Of a DNA stretch of 43,986 nucleotides, positions 28,983-39,026 are shown piece by piece (position 1 is the first letter of the stretch; the number at the start of each line of letters is the position of its first letter). The DNA is from Candidatus Shapirobacteria bacterium (lineage in GTDB: Bacteria; Patescibacteriota; Microgenomatia; UBA12405): assembly GCA_003250375.1 (NCBI GenBank), contig QKGR01000019.1:1-43986 (forward strand), in the 5' to 3' direction. The position numbers and the translations under genes were made by a program. The notes below the pieces were generated by a model that searched no databases, had not been told where the DNA came from, and saw only the letters and a program-made list of their open reading frames with translations.

Positions 28983-29729
28983 ATGAAACATCAAAAAGGC
29001 GAGGTAAACCCTGGTGCTATTGTGGTAGGAATTATTCTGTTGGCGGTAGTGGGAGGATGGCTTTTCCCAAAGATGAATTGGGGGAGAGTGTCGTTGGGGT
29101 CGCCGGAAGTGGTGGTGGTTAATGGAGAAGCGAAATCTCAAGAATCGAATCAGATTGCGTCGTACACGGCCGGAGTGGATGCGGTGAATGACAAGAAAGA
29201 AGATGCAGTTAATGAAGTGAACTCCAAGGTAGATGATTTGATAAAAGCAATGAAGGATTTTGGAATTGAACCGGGAGATATTAAAACCAATAATATTAGC
29301 ATTTACCAAAACGAAGAGTCTTATTGGGATAATGGGGTGCAAAAATCGAGAAAAGGACAATGGAGAGTGAGTAATTCGATTGAGGTGACAATCCGAGATT
29401 TGGCAAGAGCTTCGGATTTGACTGGTATTTTAACTTCGAGTGGAGCCACAAATGTGTGGGGTCCAAATTTTAGGATGGACGACACTTCGGAAATTGAAAA
29501 AGGCTTGTTTGATGCGGCGATTGCCGATGCAAAGGAAAAAGCTGAGATTATTGCAAAGTCGTCGGGTAGAAAATTGGGCAAGATTATGTCGGTGGCTGAA
29601 GGTGAAATGATGAATGATATTTCACCAATGTACGCTGTTCGCGATGGAATGGGAGGTGGCGGAGCGTCGATTGAAGCAGGCAGTTCGACTGTGAGTAAAT
29701 CACTTACAGTGACGTTTGAGCTGAAGTAA
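28983..29729 (+). CDS. SIMPL (DUF541/BP26) domain protein
   Basis: N-terminal TM, VVNGEA, DIKTNNISI, VSNSIEVTIRD, AIADAKEKA..IA...GRKLGKI, VTFEL. Confidence 0.88.
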   Translation: MKHQKGEVNPGAIVVGIILLAVVGGWLFPKMNWGRVSLGSPEVVVVNGEAKSQESNQIASYTAGVDAVNDKKEDAVNEVNSKVDDLIKAMKDFGIEPGDIKTNNISIYQNEESYWDNGVQKSRKGQWRVSNSIEVTIRDLARASDLTGILTSSGATNVWGPNFRMDDTSEIEKGLFDAAIADAKEKAEIIAKSSGRKLGKIMSVAEGEMMNDISPMYAVRDGMGGGGASIEAGSSTVSKSLTVTFELK

Positions 29730-29756
29730 AATCTGTTGTTTGTGATATATTTTGGT

Positions 29757-30125
29757 ATGAGAAAAAACGAGGTTGTTTTTCGGGGCTGGGTGGATATTGC
29801 TAAAGAAGAATTAAGAAAAGCCGTTCGTCCACACGGAGAACCTGTTAGAATTAATTTTGATACTAGAGGAATTTGGGTTGACACTAAACACAGATCTCCA
29901 GATGGGTTGTATAGGGTGGTTACGAATGTATTAACTGGGCAGGCTGAATTTGTCCCAAAAGATTTGGAATTTAATACAAGACCAGAGGTTTTGGTGTGTG
30001 CTTTATTGTCAAGAAGAATTAATTACAAAATTAATACAGGGGAAGGTCTTCAGAATGTGACTTTTGAAGAAGTTCAGGGCGACACACTATTGCTTATAAG
30101 AGAAGCTTATAGTCGTTGGAGTTGA
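29757..30125 (+). CDS. Hypothetical protein
   Basis: ORF starting MRKNEVV after a -10-like element. Confidence 0.5.
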   Translation: MRKNEVVFRGWVDIAKEELRKAVRPHGEPVRINFDTRGIWVDTKHRSPDGLYRVVTNVLTGQAEFVPKDLEFNTRPEVLVCALLSRRINYKINTGEGLQNVTFEEVQGDTLLLIREAYSRWS

Positions 30126-30225
30126 AGAAGAGAAGATAAGGACTTGGCAGAATTACCGCAGTAGGGGGAGTTGATGGGGATTGAATTGGTTGAAGGAAAA
30201 AACTTTTGCGGGTAAAAATTAATAG

Positions 30226-30936
30226 ATGAAAACAAAAGCGATTAAGGTGAGTTTAATTTCGTACACCAAGAATCCTGAAGCGGTGGCGGTGGCAGCAATT
30301 AGACAATGTTATAGCAGTGTGGGAGCCAAAGAATTAAAGCAAAAAACGGACAAGGAAACTCAGAAAAGATTGATTGCCCAAGTACTAGCTTCGGGGCATA
30401 CGTCGACTTTGGAGCACGTGTCCTTTAGCTTTGCGGTGGAAGGAATTAGTAGAATTACGGAAGTTCAGTTGGTGCGCCATAGAATGGCGTCGTATTCGGT
30501 GCAATCGGGAAGGTATGTGAAGCGGGGAAAGGCAACTTATTCGATTCCTGCCAAAATTTTGGCCAACAAAGAAATTCTAAAAAAATATGAGAGAAAATTA
30601 AAGGAAATTCAGGATTTTTATAATGAAATGTTGGACGCGGGAGTGGCAGCGGAGGACGCTCGATTTATACAACCACAATCCTTGCAAACCAAGTTGGTGG
30701 TGACGATGAATGCCAGAGCCTTGTTGCATTTTTTTGAATTAAGATGTTGCCAAAGAGCCCAAAGTGAAATTCAGAAAATGGCTTATTTGATGCTGGGGGA
30801 AGTTCGAAAAGTGGCACCGCTATTGTTTGAAAATGCCGGTCCGAGTTGTGTGACCCAAAAGATTTGCTGGGAAGGAAATTTGAGCTGTGGAAGGTGGGAA
30901 AAAATTCCTGGAGCGGAATTGAGAGCGAGGGTGTAG
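30226..30936 (+). CDS. thyX: FAD-dependent thymidylate synthase
   Basis: GHTSTLEH, QLVRHRMASYSVQSGRY, EDAR, MNARALLHFFELR, RAQSEI. Confidence 0.97.
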   Translation: MKTKAIKVSLISYTKNPEAVAVAAIRQCYSSVGAKELKQKTDKETQKRLIAQVLASGHTSTLEHVSFSFAVEGISRITEVQLVRHRMASYSVQSGRYVKRGKATYSIPAKILANKEILKKYERKLKEIQDFYNEMLDAGVAAEDARFIQPQSLQTKLVVTMNARALLHFFELRCCQRAQSEIQKMAYLMLGEVRKVAPLLFENAGPSCVTQKICWEGNLSCGRWEKIPGAELRARV

Positions 30937-30987
30937 TTAATCAGTTAATCAGTTAATCGGATCGTTATAAGTTTATTTAAATATAAG

Positions 30988-31200
30988 ATGGCAGAACAAT
31001 TGAGCGGACCACAAGCACCAGAGCCAATACCAAGAAGATGGTGTTTTAAGTCAGATGATTTTAATGGTGAATGTACAGACAAGGATTGTGGAACTGTTGA
31101 TTGTATGTGGAGGAGGAGAGTTGGACTGGGTCGTAGTCCGACGGCGGGAAGGGATGGATTGCATATAGATAATAGTGCTAACTTTAAACGAGGAGTATGA
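30988..31200 (+). CDS. Small Cys-rich hypothetical protein
   Basis: 70-aa ORF with four Cys. Confidence 0.4.
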   Translation: MAEQLSGPQAPEPIPRRWCFKSDDFNGECTDKDCGTVDCMWRRRVGLGRSPTAGRDGLHIDNSANFKRGV

Positions 31201-31404
31201 AGTAAAATATGATAGTTAAATATTTCTTGTCATGATTTTTTTGCTTCACTCAAGTGCTGCGCCTTGAAATTACGCAAAAAACATGACTGCGAAAATAAAT
31301 ATAATATGGACAAAATTTTTGAATTAATAAAATTGCCCACCTACGCCAAGGCTTCGGCGGGCTATTGTTTGTTTAATGTTAAGATTTGTTTGAAGGAGAG
31401 ATAA

Positions 31405-32739
31405 ATGGATCAAATTTTTAATCTGATTGAGCTGGAAGAAAAACGACAGGAAGAAACTTTGATGATGATTCCGTCGGAGAATTATACTTATCCGGAAGTA
31501 ATGAAGGCGGTAGGGTCCTGCTTAATGCAGAAGTATGCCGAAGGCTACCCAAAAAGGCGATATTATCAGGGGAATGAGGTGGTAGATGAAGTAGAGGATT
31601 TGTGTCGAAATCGAGCCTTGGAAGCATTTGGATTGGATGGGGAAAAATATCATGCCAATGTGCAGCCACATTCGGGTTGTGAGGCTAACTTGGGAGTTTA
31701 CAATACAATTTTGAATCCCGGGGATAAAATTTTGGCCATGTATTTGCCCGATGGCGGGCATTTGTCGCATGGGTGGAAATGGAAAGAGGAAAAGACGACT
31801 TTTGTGTCCAAAGTATTCGAGACTGAATTTTATCGTGTGAATCCAAAGACTAATTTGTTTGATTATGATGAAATTGAAAAATTGGCAATGGAATACAAGC
31901 CAAAGCTAATAATTTCGGGTGGTACGGCTTATGCCAGGGAAATTGATTACAAACGAATGAGGGAGATTGCGAAGAAAGTGGGGGCTTATTACCTAGCGGA
32001 TGTGTCGCATGAGGCGGGGCTGATTGCAGCGGGAGTGTGCCGATCCCCGTTTGAATTTGCTGATTTTGTGTCGATGACAACTCACAAGACCTTGAGGGGG
32101 CCAAGAGGGGCGATGGTGATTTGCAAGAAAGAACTTGGACACCAGTTAGATATGGCGATTATGCCAGGGCTGCAAGGCGGGCCACATATGCATTCGATTG
32201 CAGGAATTGCGGTGGCATTGGAAAAGACAAAATCTGAAGAATTTAAGGAATATGCCAGGCAGACAGTAAGGAATGCAAAGAAATTGGCAGAGGTATTGAT
32301 GGAAAAGGGTTATGAGGTGGTGTCGGGAGGAACGGATAAGCATTTGGTGCTACTGGATTTGAGGAAAAAGGATGGGGCCGCCTTCGATAAATCTACGTCG
32401 AGCCGAGGTTGGTTTGTGGCCTGGGCTTTGGAATATGCAGGCATTATTATGAATCGAAATACAGTGCCAAACGATTCTGGATCGCCATTTTATCCATCGG
32501 GACTGAGGATGGGAACACCGGCAATTACGACTCGAGGAATGAAAGAAGGAGAAATGGAAAAGATTGGAAATTGGCTGGATGAAATTGTACAAATTGTGGG
32601 CAAACGAGAGCTTCCCGAAGATGCTGAAGTGCGAAAAGCATACTTGGCACAATTTAAGGAGGAAATGAGGCTGAATAAAAGAATAGGGGAGATTGGGGAA
32701 GAAGTGAGGGAATTGTGCAAAAAGTTTCCGGTTGGATAA
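31405..32739 (+). CDS. glyA: Serine hydroxymethyltransferase
   Basis: IPSEN, KYAEGYP..RYYQG, NVQPHSG, GGHLSHG, TTHKTLRGPRG, SGLRMGTPAITTRG. Confidence 0.98.
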   Translation: MDQIFNLIELEEKRQEETLMMIPSENYTYPEVMKAVGSCLMQKYAEGYPKRRYYQGNEVVDEVEDLCRNRALEAFGLDGEKYHANVQPHSGCEANLGVYNTILNPGDKILAMYLPDGGHLSHGWKWKEEKTTFVSKVFETEFYRVNPKTNLFDYDEIEKLAMEYKPKLIISGGTAYAREIDYKRMREIAKKVGAYYLADVSHEAGLIAAGVCRSPFEFADFVSMTTHKTLRGPRGAMVICKKELGHQLDMAIMPGLQGGPHMHSIAGIAVALEKTKSEEFKEYARQTVRNAKKLAEVLMEKGYEVVSGGTDKHLVLLDLRKKDGAAFDKSTSSRGWFVAWALEYAGIIMNRNTVPNDSGSPFYPSGLRMGTPAITTRGMKEGEMEKIGNWLDEIVQIVGKRELPEDAEVRKAYLAQFKEEMRLNKRIGEIGEEVRELCKKFPVG

Positions 32740-32793
32740 TATTAGTCTTTCGACTGTTTTTGGCCTGTAAATTGCTTTATAATGAGGTGAGTT

Positions 32794-35700
32794 ATGATGA
32801 AATTTGGGATTAAATTTTGGGATTGGGTTAAGAATAAACCATTATTGACTGGGTTGATAATACTGCTAATTGTGATTACAGTGATGTCGATAAAGCCAGG
32901 ATTTTATTTGATGGGTTGGGATAATTACTCGTCGTATCTTAATTTAAATCAGAGTATCTTTAGAACCTTATTTGCCACGTGGAGAGAGTATAGGGGAGTA
33001 GGAGTGCCTTCGGATGCTGAGGTGACTGACGTTTTTAGATTGATTTTTGATTGGATAATACGTTGGGTGGTGCCAGAGGGATGGTTGGATCAGATTTATT
33101 ATATGGTGGCGTTGTGGTTGGGTGTGTTGGGAACATATTTGTTGGGGGTAAAAATAGGTAAAAATTTTGTGGCCAAGGATTGGAGTAGAAGAGGATTGGA
33201 CTTGTTGGGTGGATTGAGTGGTTTTTTGTATTTATTTAATTTAAATACTTTGTCTGTTTTTTATTCACCAATTATTCCTTTTACAAATAGGTATTATGGT
33301 TTACCGCTAGTTCTGTGGGCAGTGCTAAATCATGAGGAGAAACAAAGCAAGAAAAGCCTTTTGGTGCTGATGCTTATAGTTGTGATAACTTCGGGAAGTT
33401 TTATTACACCGACGGTTGTAATCACGACATTGTTGGCTTTGGGAATCTTTTGGTTGTTTAATTTGAATATAAAGAAAACAATTGCTTATGGTGCATTGTT
33501 CTTGGCTTTAAATGCTTTTTGGATGTTGCCGTTTGTGAATTATAGTAAAGAGAAGTCGGCATTAGTACCGTTGGCTAGGACTTTTGTAGAGATTAATGAA
33601 TCGACACTAAATCGTCCGGCGGACACATTTGACTGGACGAAACAAGCGTTGATGTATCCAAGCTTTTTGGATATAAATTTCCCGACTATTAATAAGGTTG
33701 AGGCAAATCTTCATCCTGACTTGGATAATTTTCAAAGTCAGACAGGACAATTATGGTTGATGCTTTTTGTAGTATTTTATGTGCTTGGTTCGGGGCTGAT
33801 TGTGATCGGATGGAAGAAATATATAAAAATGCTATGGGTACCTTTGTGGATATTAGTATTTTTATTTTTATCGATGAAGGAATATGGTCCAGGAGGAAGT
33901 GCGTATATATGGCTTAAGGACCATATACCTTATTTTGGAATAATCTTTAGAATTTCAGATACTAAATTCCATGCATATATAAATTTAGCGGGAAGTTTGG
34001 CTGGAGGATTGATGCTGTCTAGTTTAATTGTCAAATTAGGCAAGATAAAATACTTGAAATTTGCAGCTGCTCTTGTAGTTTTGGTTTTGGTGGGGTATGC
34101 TGTGAATTTCAGAAGTTACTTTAACGGAAATATGCTAGGTTTTTATGTGTATACAGTGATGCCGCAGGCTTATAAAGAAATTGCTAAGGTGGTAAATAGT
34201 GATAAGAGTAGTGGAAAATTGCTGCATTTGCCGATGAGTAATCAACACCATTATTGGAGATCTTTTGATTGGGGGTATATTGGATCGGCGTTTTTTAATT
34301 TTATGATCGATAGGCCGTATGTTGATATGACTTTCGAGCCAGCGAGTATGGAGAACGTGTTTGTCGATAGTAGAATTACGCAGTTGTTGGATAATCAATA
34401 CCTAACAGATGGCGAAGCTAGTAAGCGGAGTGAGGCTGAGAAATTTTTGAAGCTAATGAATCAGATGGGTGTGAGCTACATTATGGTGGATAATTCGATT
34501 GGTTCTGAAGTTGATGTTCGGAATTTGGTGTATACCAGTAAACAGTATGTGGCACGATCGGAATCAATGTTGAAAAGATTGGAGTCGATGGGGTTAGTGG
34601 AAAGGGTTGGAGGCTACAAAATAAATTTGAATGAAATGCTTGAGAGTTATAAAAAGATTTATCCGGTAACAAAAACAGGTTTGCCTGATGGAACTTTTGG
34701 AGATGAGGAAGTGATTCTTTATAAGGTGAAACAAGCAAAGAGTATATTTGAATTTGTACCGGCAGCTGTGGAGATAGATAGTTATTTGGATAATTTGGCT
34801 GAGACAGACTTGGAAAGTTCTGAGATGCTAATGAGGCAAAATAAAGAAGTAGCTGGAATAGTAGAGCCGATGAGTCGGCAGAATCATGAGGTTGAGATTG
34901 GCGAGAATCAAATTTCTTTAAATTATTCGGTGATGGCCGGTAAATATGTGGTGACTACTGGGGATGGAGATGCCGCTGTGGTGGAGGTGCAAGGTAATAT
35001 GAAGGGGAACAATTTAGAATTAGATTTCTATGATAGATATCTTCCGAATATAAATGGGATTGAGTATAGGAAGAAGGCTGGTTCGGTGGAATTTAAGAAT
35101 ATAAAATTAAGTGAAATAGGGGACTATAGCTTAGAAATTGAGGGTATGGAAGTGAACTTGGAGGGAGTAAATGAGAATAACCAAACATTGGCTTTACTTC
35201 TTTTGCATGGAGTAGATCAAAATGTTCGCTTGTACAAAAAAGAAATGAGTGAAGTGGTGGGTTGGGATGATTTTAGCGAAACAGTACCACTTAATTGTTA
35301 TGGTCCGGGCTTGAATGGTTTTGAAGGGAAAATTAGTGAAGTTGGTGGAAAATTGGAATTGGTAGCATCGAATGGTTCGGCATGTTCGAAGTCTTTGGTG
35401 GCTAGTGGCAGCGAGAGGATAAAGATTAAGATGAAGGCTAGTGCGGAAGTAATAAGTAAAGAGATGCCGAGTGGACTGCTTGGTAAGGCGATGGATGGAA
35501 TTGGTACGGTGGTACCTGAAGGTTATTGGTGTGTAAAATCGTCAGGAGAAGTGAATTGTAGTAATAAAATGCGACAAATTAAGTTGGGAAGTGATGAAAG
35601 AGAGTATGGTAGCGGTTGGTTGGATAATAGCTTGGGCCAAGCAGAAATAACTGTAGGCGTGGTTGCTAGTGGGGGAAATAAATTTAAAGAAAGGATTGGT

Positions 35701-36717
35701 GAGGTGGAAGTTGAGGGCTTTGATTTGGTGAGTGAAGAAAAAGTAAGTTTGGACAGGGAATTGGTTAAACTTGAGATTGATTTGAAGGATAACTTTACAA
35801 TAGGTATTCCAAATTTTGAGAATAGTAAGGGAAATACGATTAGTGAAAATGGTTGGTGGAGTATGCCTTTGGAGCAGTGTCGCGGAGGAGAGAATAGGCT
35901 GCAAAGAGATATTGATGGAGTGACGGTGAATTTAATGAATAATTGTAGTGTGTATATGGCCTTACCTTTTGATTACACGGGCAAATATCCATATTTATTA
36001 GCATATTCATATTGGTTGGGTTCTGGCCAGCAACCAGTGTTGGTAATGGGTAAGGAGGGTGACGATTACTTAGTGGAACGAGCATCGTTGTTGCAAGGAT
36101 ATCCTGGGATTGTGGAGAAAACACTCGCTGATCCTGAGGACAAGAAGACAATTGGACAAATTGAGAGTAAGTTGGAAAATATAGAGCTGATTGGTGCTTC
36201 AAGATTGCTGACCAGCGATGCAAAATTGAATAAGAGTGAGGTTGAGGCTAATATTCACATATTTCAAGACAGTGACAATGAAGCAGTAATGGGATTGAAA
36301 GACTTAAAAATTATGGAGTATCCACAGTCTTGGAAAGAGCTTAGGCTGACACCAGTTGCTGGAGCTGAGCAAGACTTCGAATTACCTAATAATTTTGAGT
36401 TTAGACAAATTTTGCCATCGGTGTGGTTGTTGAATATGGCAGAGATAAACAGTAAGGCTTTGTTGTTGTTTAGACAAGGTTACGACAGGCAATGGGGAGT
36501 ATATAAGAATTTGGGTGATTTGATTCTAAACAAAACAGCGGCTGTAAACAGTCGCTGTGATGGGATAAATAATTGTTTTGAAATCAATCAGGGCGGAAAG
36601 TATATCGTAGCTTATTGGCCGGAAGTACTGAGTATGGCTGGTTGGACAATTACTCTGGGGACAGTTTTCTTTGGACTAATCTGGTGGAAAAGATCGAAGA
36701 AAACAGAAGATAAATAG
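32794..36717 (+). CDS. Large polytopic membrane protein, probable GT-C fold glycosyltransferase with large extracellular region
   Basis: About 12 hydrophobic segments in the N-terminal third, GWD motif, LNAFWMLP, C-terminal LLFRQGYDRQW...N.F and final TM; next to a GT2 gene. Confidence 0.65.
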   Translation: MMKFGIKFWDWVKNKPLLTGLIILLIVITVMSIKPGFYLMGWDNYSSYLNLNQSIFRTLFATWREYRGVGVPSDAEVTDVFRLIFDWIIRWVVPEGWLDQIYYMVALWLGVLGTYLLGVKIGKNFVAKDWSRRGLDLLGGLSGFLYLFNLNTLSVFYSPIIPFTNRYYGLPLVLWAVLNHEEKQSKKSLLVLMLIVVITSGSFITPTVVITTLLALGIFWLFNLNIKKTIAYGALFLALNAFWMLPFVNYSKEKSALVPLARTFVEINESTLNRPADTFDWTKQALMYPSFLDINFPTINKVEANLHPDLDNFQSQTGQLWLMLFVVFYVLGSGLIVIGWKKYIKMLWVPLWILVFLFLSMKEYGPGGSAYIWLKDHIPYFGIIFRISDTKFHAYINLAGSLAGGLMLSSLIVKLGKIKYLKFAAALVVLVLVGYAVNFRSYFNGNMLGFYVYTVMPQAYKEIAKVVNSDKSSGKLLHLPMSNQHHYWRSFDWGYIGSAFFNFMIDRPYVDMTFEPASMENVFVDSRITQLLDNQYLTDGEASKRSEAEKFLKLMNQMGVSYIMVDNSIGSEVDVRNLVYTSKQYVARSESMLKRLESMGLVERVGGYKINLNEMLESYKKIYPVTKTGLPDGTFGDEEVILYKVKQAKSIFEFVPAAVEIDSYLDNLAETDLESSEMLMRQNKEVAGIVEPMSRQNHEVEIGENQISLNYSVMAGKYVVTTGDGDAAVVEVQGNMKGNNLELDFYDRYLPNINGIEYRKKAGSVEFKNIKLSEIGDYSLEIEGMEVNLEGVNENNQTLALLLLHGVDQNVRLYKKEMSEVVGWDDFSETVPLNCYGPGLNGFEGKISEVGGKLELVASNGSACSKSLVASGSERIKIKMKASAEVISKEMPSGLLGKAMDGIGTVVPEGYWCVKSSGEVNCSNKMRQIKLGSDEREYGSGWLDNSLGQAEITVGVVASGGNKFKERIGEVEVEGFDLVSEEKVSLDRELVKLEIDLKDNFTIGIPNFENSKGNTISENGWWSMPLEQCRGGENRLQRDIDGVTVNLMNNCSVYMALPFDYTGKYPYLLAYSYWLGSGQQPVLVMGKEGDDYLVERASLLQGYPGIVEKTLADPEDKKTIGQIESKLENIELIGASRLLTSDAKLNKSEVEANIHIFQDSDNEAVMGLKDLKIMEYPQSWKELRLTPVAGAEQDFELPNNFEFRQILPSVWLLNMAEINSKALLLFRQGYDRQWGVYKNLGDLILNKTAAVNSRCDGINNCFEINQGGKYIVAYWPEVLSMAGWTITLGTVFFGLIWWKRSKKTEDK

Positions 36718-37538
36718 ACGAACTTTTTGAGGAGTCGGTAGAAAGCCCAGTTGAATTCGGCGGAGAAAAGCTTACCGGAAATGTACTGGCCAAGCCAGAA
36801 CAATTTGATATACCAAGGGGCTGGGGTGATTTCTTTGTCGATCCAAAGATGCATTTTCCAGGTAACCTCGTTGAGCTTTTTGAACTTTTTGACCGAAGCA
36901 CATTTGGAATGGAATAAGACGTGAACTAGAGGGGTATGGAGGTTGGCTAATTTGCCGACTTGGGCCATACGAATCCAAAGATGGGTGTCGTTGGCTGGAT
37001 AAAATTCTTGGTCGTGGCCACCGACTTTGAGAGCAACGGCACGACTAAACATAACCGAAGGATCGGAAAAAGGGCTTAGGAAATGCCAGACTTTGCGAAT
37101 CTCGGCATCGTTTTCGAGGAAGTTGAGGACTTGGCTTTGGCCTTTTTCGTTGAAAAGAAGAATAGAAGAGCCAAGAGCGACAACTTCGGGGTGGGCAGTG
37201 AGATATTTTACTTGAGTGGCGATACGGTGGGGGAGCATAGTATCGTCCTGGTTGAGACGGCAGATGTACTTACCTTTGGCTTTCTTGAGGGCGTAGTTGA
37301 TGGCGATGCCTTGACCTTTGTTTTTGGCGAAGGCATAGAAGTGAACTTTGGGGTATTTTTCTTCCAATTTTTGGCAAAGAAGCTTGCTTTGGTCGGAAGA
37401 ACCGTCGTCAACAAGAATAATTTCAATATTTTTGTAGGTACTGCGGAGGGCAGAACGGACGGCCTCGAGAAGATAGGAGGCGCCGTTAAAGACGGGGATG
37501 ACGACAGAAACTAGTGGTTGTGAATTTTGATTTTTCAT
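36612..37538 (-). CDS. Glycosyltransferase family 2
   Basis: VSVVIPVFNG, ILVDDGSSD, RLNQDD; start MKNQNS at 37538. Confidence 0.9.
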   Translation of the reverse strand: MKNQNSQPLVSVVIPVFNGASYLLEAVRSALRSTYKNIEIILVDDGSSDQSKLLCQKLEEKYPKVHFYAFAKNKGQGIAINYALKKAKGKYICRLNQDDTMLPHRIATQVKYLTAHPEVVALGSSILLFNEKGQSQVLNFLENDAEIRKVWHFLSPFSDPSVMFSRAVALKVGGHDQEFYPANDTHLWIRMAQVGKLANLHTPLVHVLFHSKCASVKKFKKLNEVTWKMHLWIDKEITPAPWYIKLFWLGQYISGKLFSAEFNWAFYRLLKKFVYLSSVFFDLFHQISPKKTVPRVIVQPAILSTSGQ

Positions 37539-37692
37539 AAGAGGATTCGCCGGGATTCCCACCACAGGCGGGCAGGGCACCGGCTCATCAGACCCGTTAT
37601 CCTTCGACTAGCTCAGGAGTACGGATTTCCTCTTTTTCTCTTTCTTCTTTCTTTTTTGTTTGTGTGTGTTGTGTGTTGGGCGCCCGCCCGGC

Positions 37693-37726
37693 GTCAGTGG
37701 TGGTCCCCGAAGGGGCCACCACTGAC
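37693..37726 (-). terminator. Strong hairpin immediately after the lipoprotein gene
   Basis: GTCAGTGGTGGTCCC-CGAA-GGGGCCACCACTGAC; no clear U-tail, so possibly a 3' stabilising stem. Confidence 0.5.
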
Positions 37727-37736
37727 TGTGCGAAGG

Positions 37737-38408
37737 CTAGTGGACCGCGACGGCCCAGATTTCGCATTGCCAGACATTGTCGCTGCGCGCCGGGACTTGG
37801 GGATCGAAGATACCCTGGATCCAGATGCGACCGGCATTGTCGTTGGCATAGCGACCATCGAGGACGTCGGAGACGTCGCTCGGGGTGTTGCAGCCCTTGC
37901 CGTTAGGCGCCCAGACGAACCACGCCTTGTAGCTGTCTAACACGAGCCCGCTGCCTTCATGGACCTCGGCGCCAACCAACTGAGCAATCGCTTGCACGAT
38001 GGGGATATCCCGGAGGAAATCTTCCCATGTAGCATTGCGGGGATTGCCAGCATTGTCGGCGTAGCGGAACATGGGGCCGATCAGCACATCCTGACCGATG
38101 GGCAACGGGTCGTTGTTGCTTTCATCGTAGTTCAGGCTTGAGGAAGCACTGGCAGGCTGGGGCTGCGGGGCACCCTGAGGCAGGTTCTGCGCTTCGGGGA
38201 GCGTGGGGACGGGTTTTTCCGCTTCTGCCTTCATATTGGCAACCTGGGTGCTCAGAAGAGCTACCTGGGTAAGCGCAACATCGGGTGTAGCGGTGGGGGC
38301 GGCGGTTGCCGTCACCACAATAGTTTGAGGGGTCGCGGTGCCTGAGCACGCGGCCATCGATAGGGCGAGGATGCCCAAAACCAAAACGAACCAAAACTTC
38401 TTAAACAT
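37737..38408 (-). CDS. Putative lipoprotein (GC-rich gene)
   Basis: Signal peptide with lipobox MAAC, Thr/Pro-rich linker, AAGGAG Shine-Dalgarno upstream. Confidence 0.75.
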   Translation of the reverse strand: MFKKFWFVLVLGILALSMAACSGTATPQTIVVTATAAPTATPDVALTQVALLSTQVANMKAEAEKPVPTLPEAQNLPQGAPQPQPASASSSLNYDESNNDPLPIGQDVLIGPMFRYADNAGNPRNATWEDFLRDIPIVQAIAQLVGAEVHEGSGLVLDSYKAWFVWAPNGKGCNTPSDVSDVLDGRYANDNAGRIWIQGIFDPQVPARSDNVWQCEIWAVAVH

Positions 38409-39020
38409 CGAAATCTCCTTTCCTCGGCCGAGGAAATCAGGTGTACCAGAAGGAGGATTCCTTCATCGGTTTCTTTTTGAGAAACAAACCTGAAAGCTGA
38501 AATAAATCCCTCTCTCCTTCGATAAACTCAGGAGTTCTCCCTTTAAGGAAAGGAAGAAGAAGAGGAAAAGAATTGATTCCAAGTTTCAGGCTTGTTTGCT
38601 AGAAACGACCTAATTAGCGGTCAAAAAAGAAGATTCTATTTGCCATACGAACAATGCACAGGAAAACACCACATTTTACACATAAACAAGGGTAGAAACG
38701 CATTAAGAATTAATCTTAATGCTGAATACTAGCCGTCGAAAGGACGGTGTTCTTCGAAAAAAGAGAAAAATTGTAAAGGTTCTGTACTACCTCCGAGAGG
38801 GAAGCGCGGTGCTTCGAATCAGAAGCAATACAATTTTTGGCTTTTTATAGCCAAAGGAGAAAAGAGTTGAGTGTCTTTAGAGGAGCCACCAACCCCTATC
38901 TCTCCTTTAGCTATAAGCATAGGTTGTTAACGGACATTGGAGAAAAGAGTTGAGTGTCTTTAGAGGAGCCACCAACCCCTATCTCTCCAATATCAATTAA
39001 TCAAGATTGTTAATGATCTA
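38409..39020 (-). ncRNA. Putative long structured leader RNA / ncRNA
   Basis: ORF-free region below a perfect promoter; multiple long stems whose mismatches are mostly G-U on the minus strand; two identical 50-nt hairpins. Confidence 0.55.
38856..38988 (-). repeat. Two identical 50-nt hairpin units (38856-38905, 38939-38988) separated by 33 nt
   Basis: GGAGAAAAGAGTTGAGTGTCTTTAGAGGAGCCACCAACCCCTATCTCTCC occurs twice. Confidence 0.95.
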
Positions 39021-39026
39021 TCCTAT

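Noticed and set aside
957..31200. Alternative genetic code (TGA=Gly as in Gracilibacteria)
   Set aside because: Conserved genes are full length under code 11 and manC ends at TGA at the expected position
38856..38988. CRISPR array (50-nt repeats, 33-nt spacer)
   Set aside because: Only two repeats, no cas genes, and the spacer base-pairs with the outer flanks, which fits tandem RNA hairpins better
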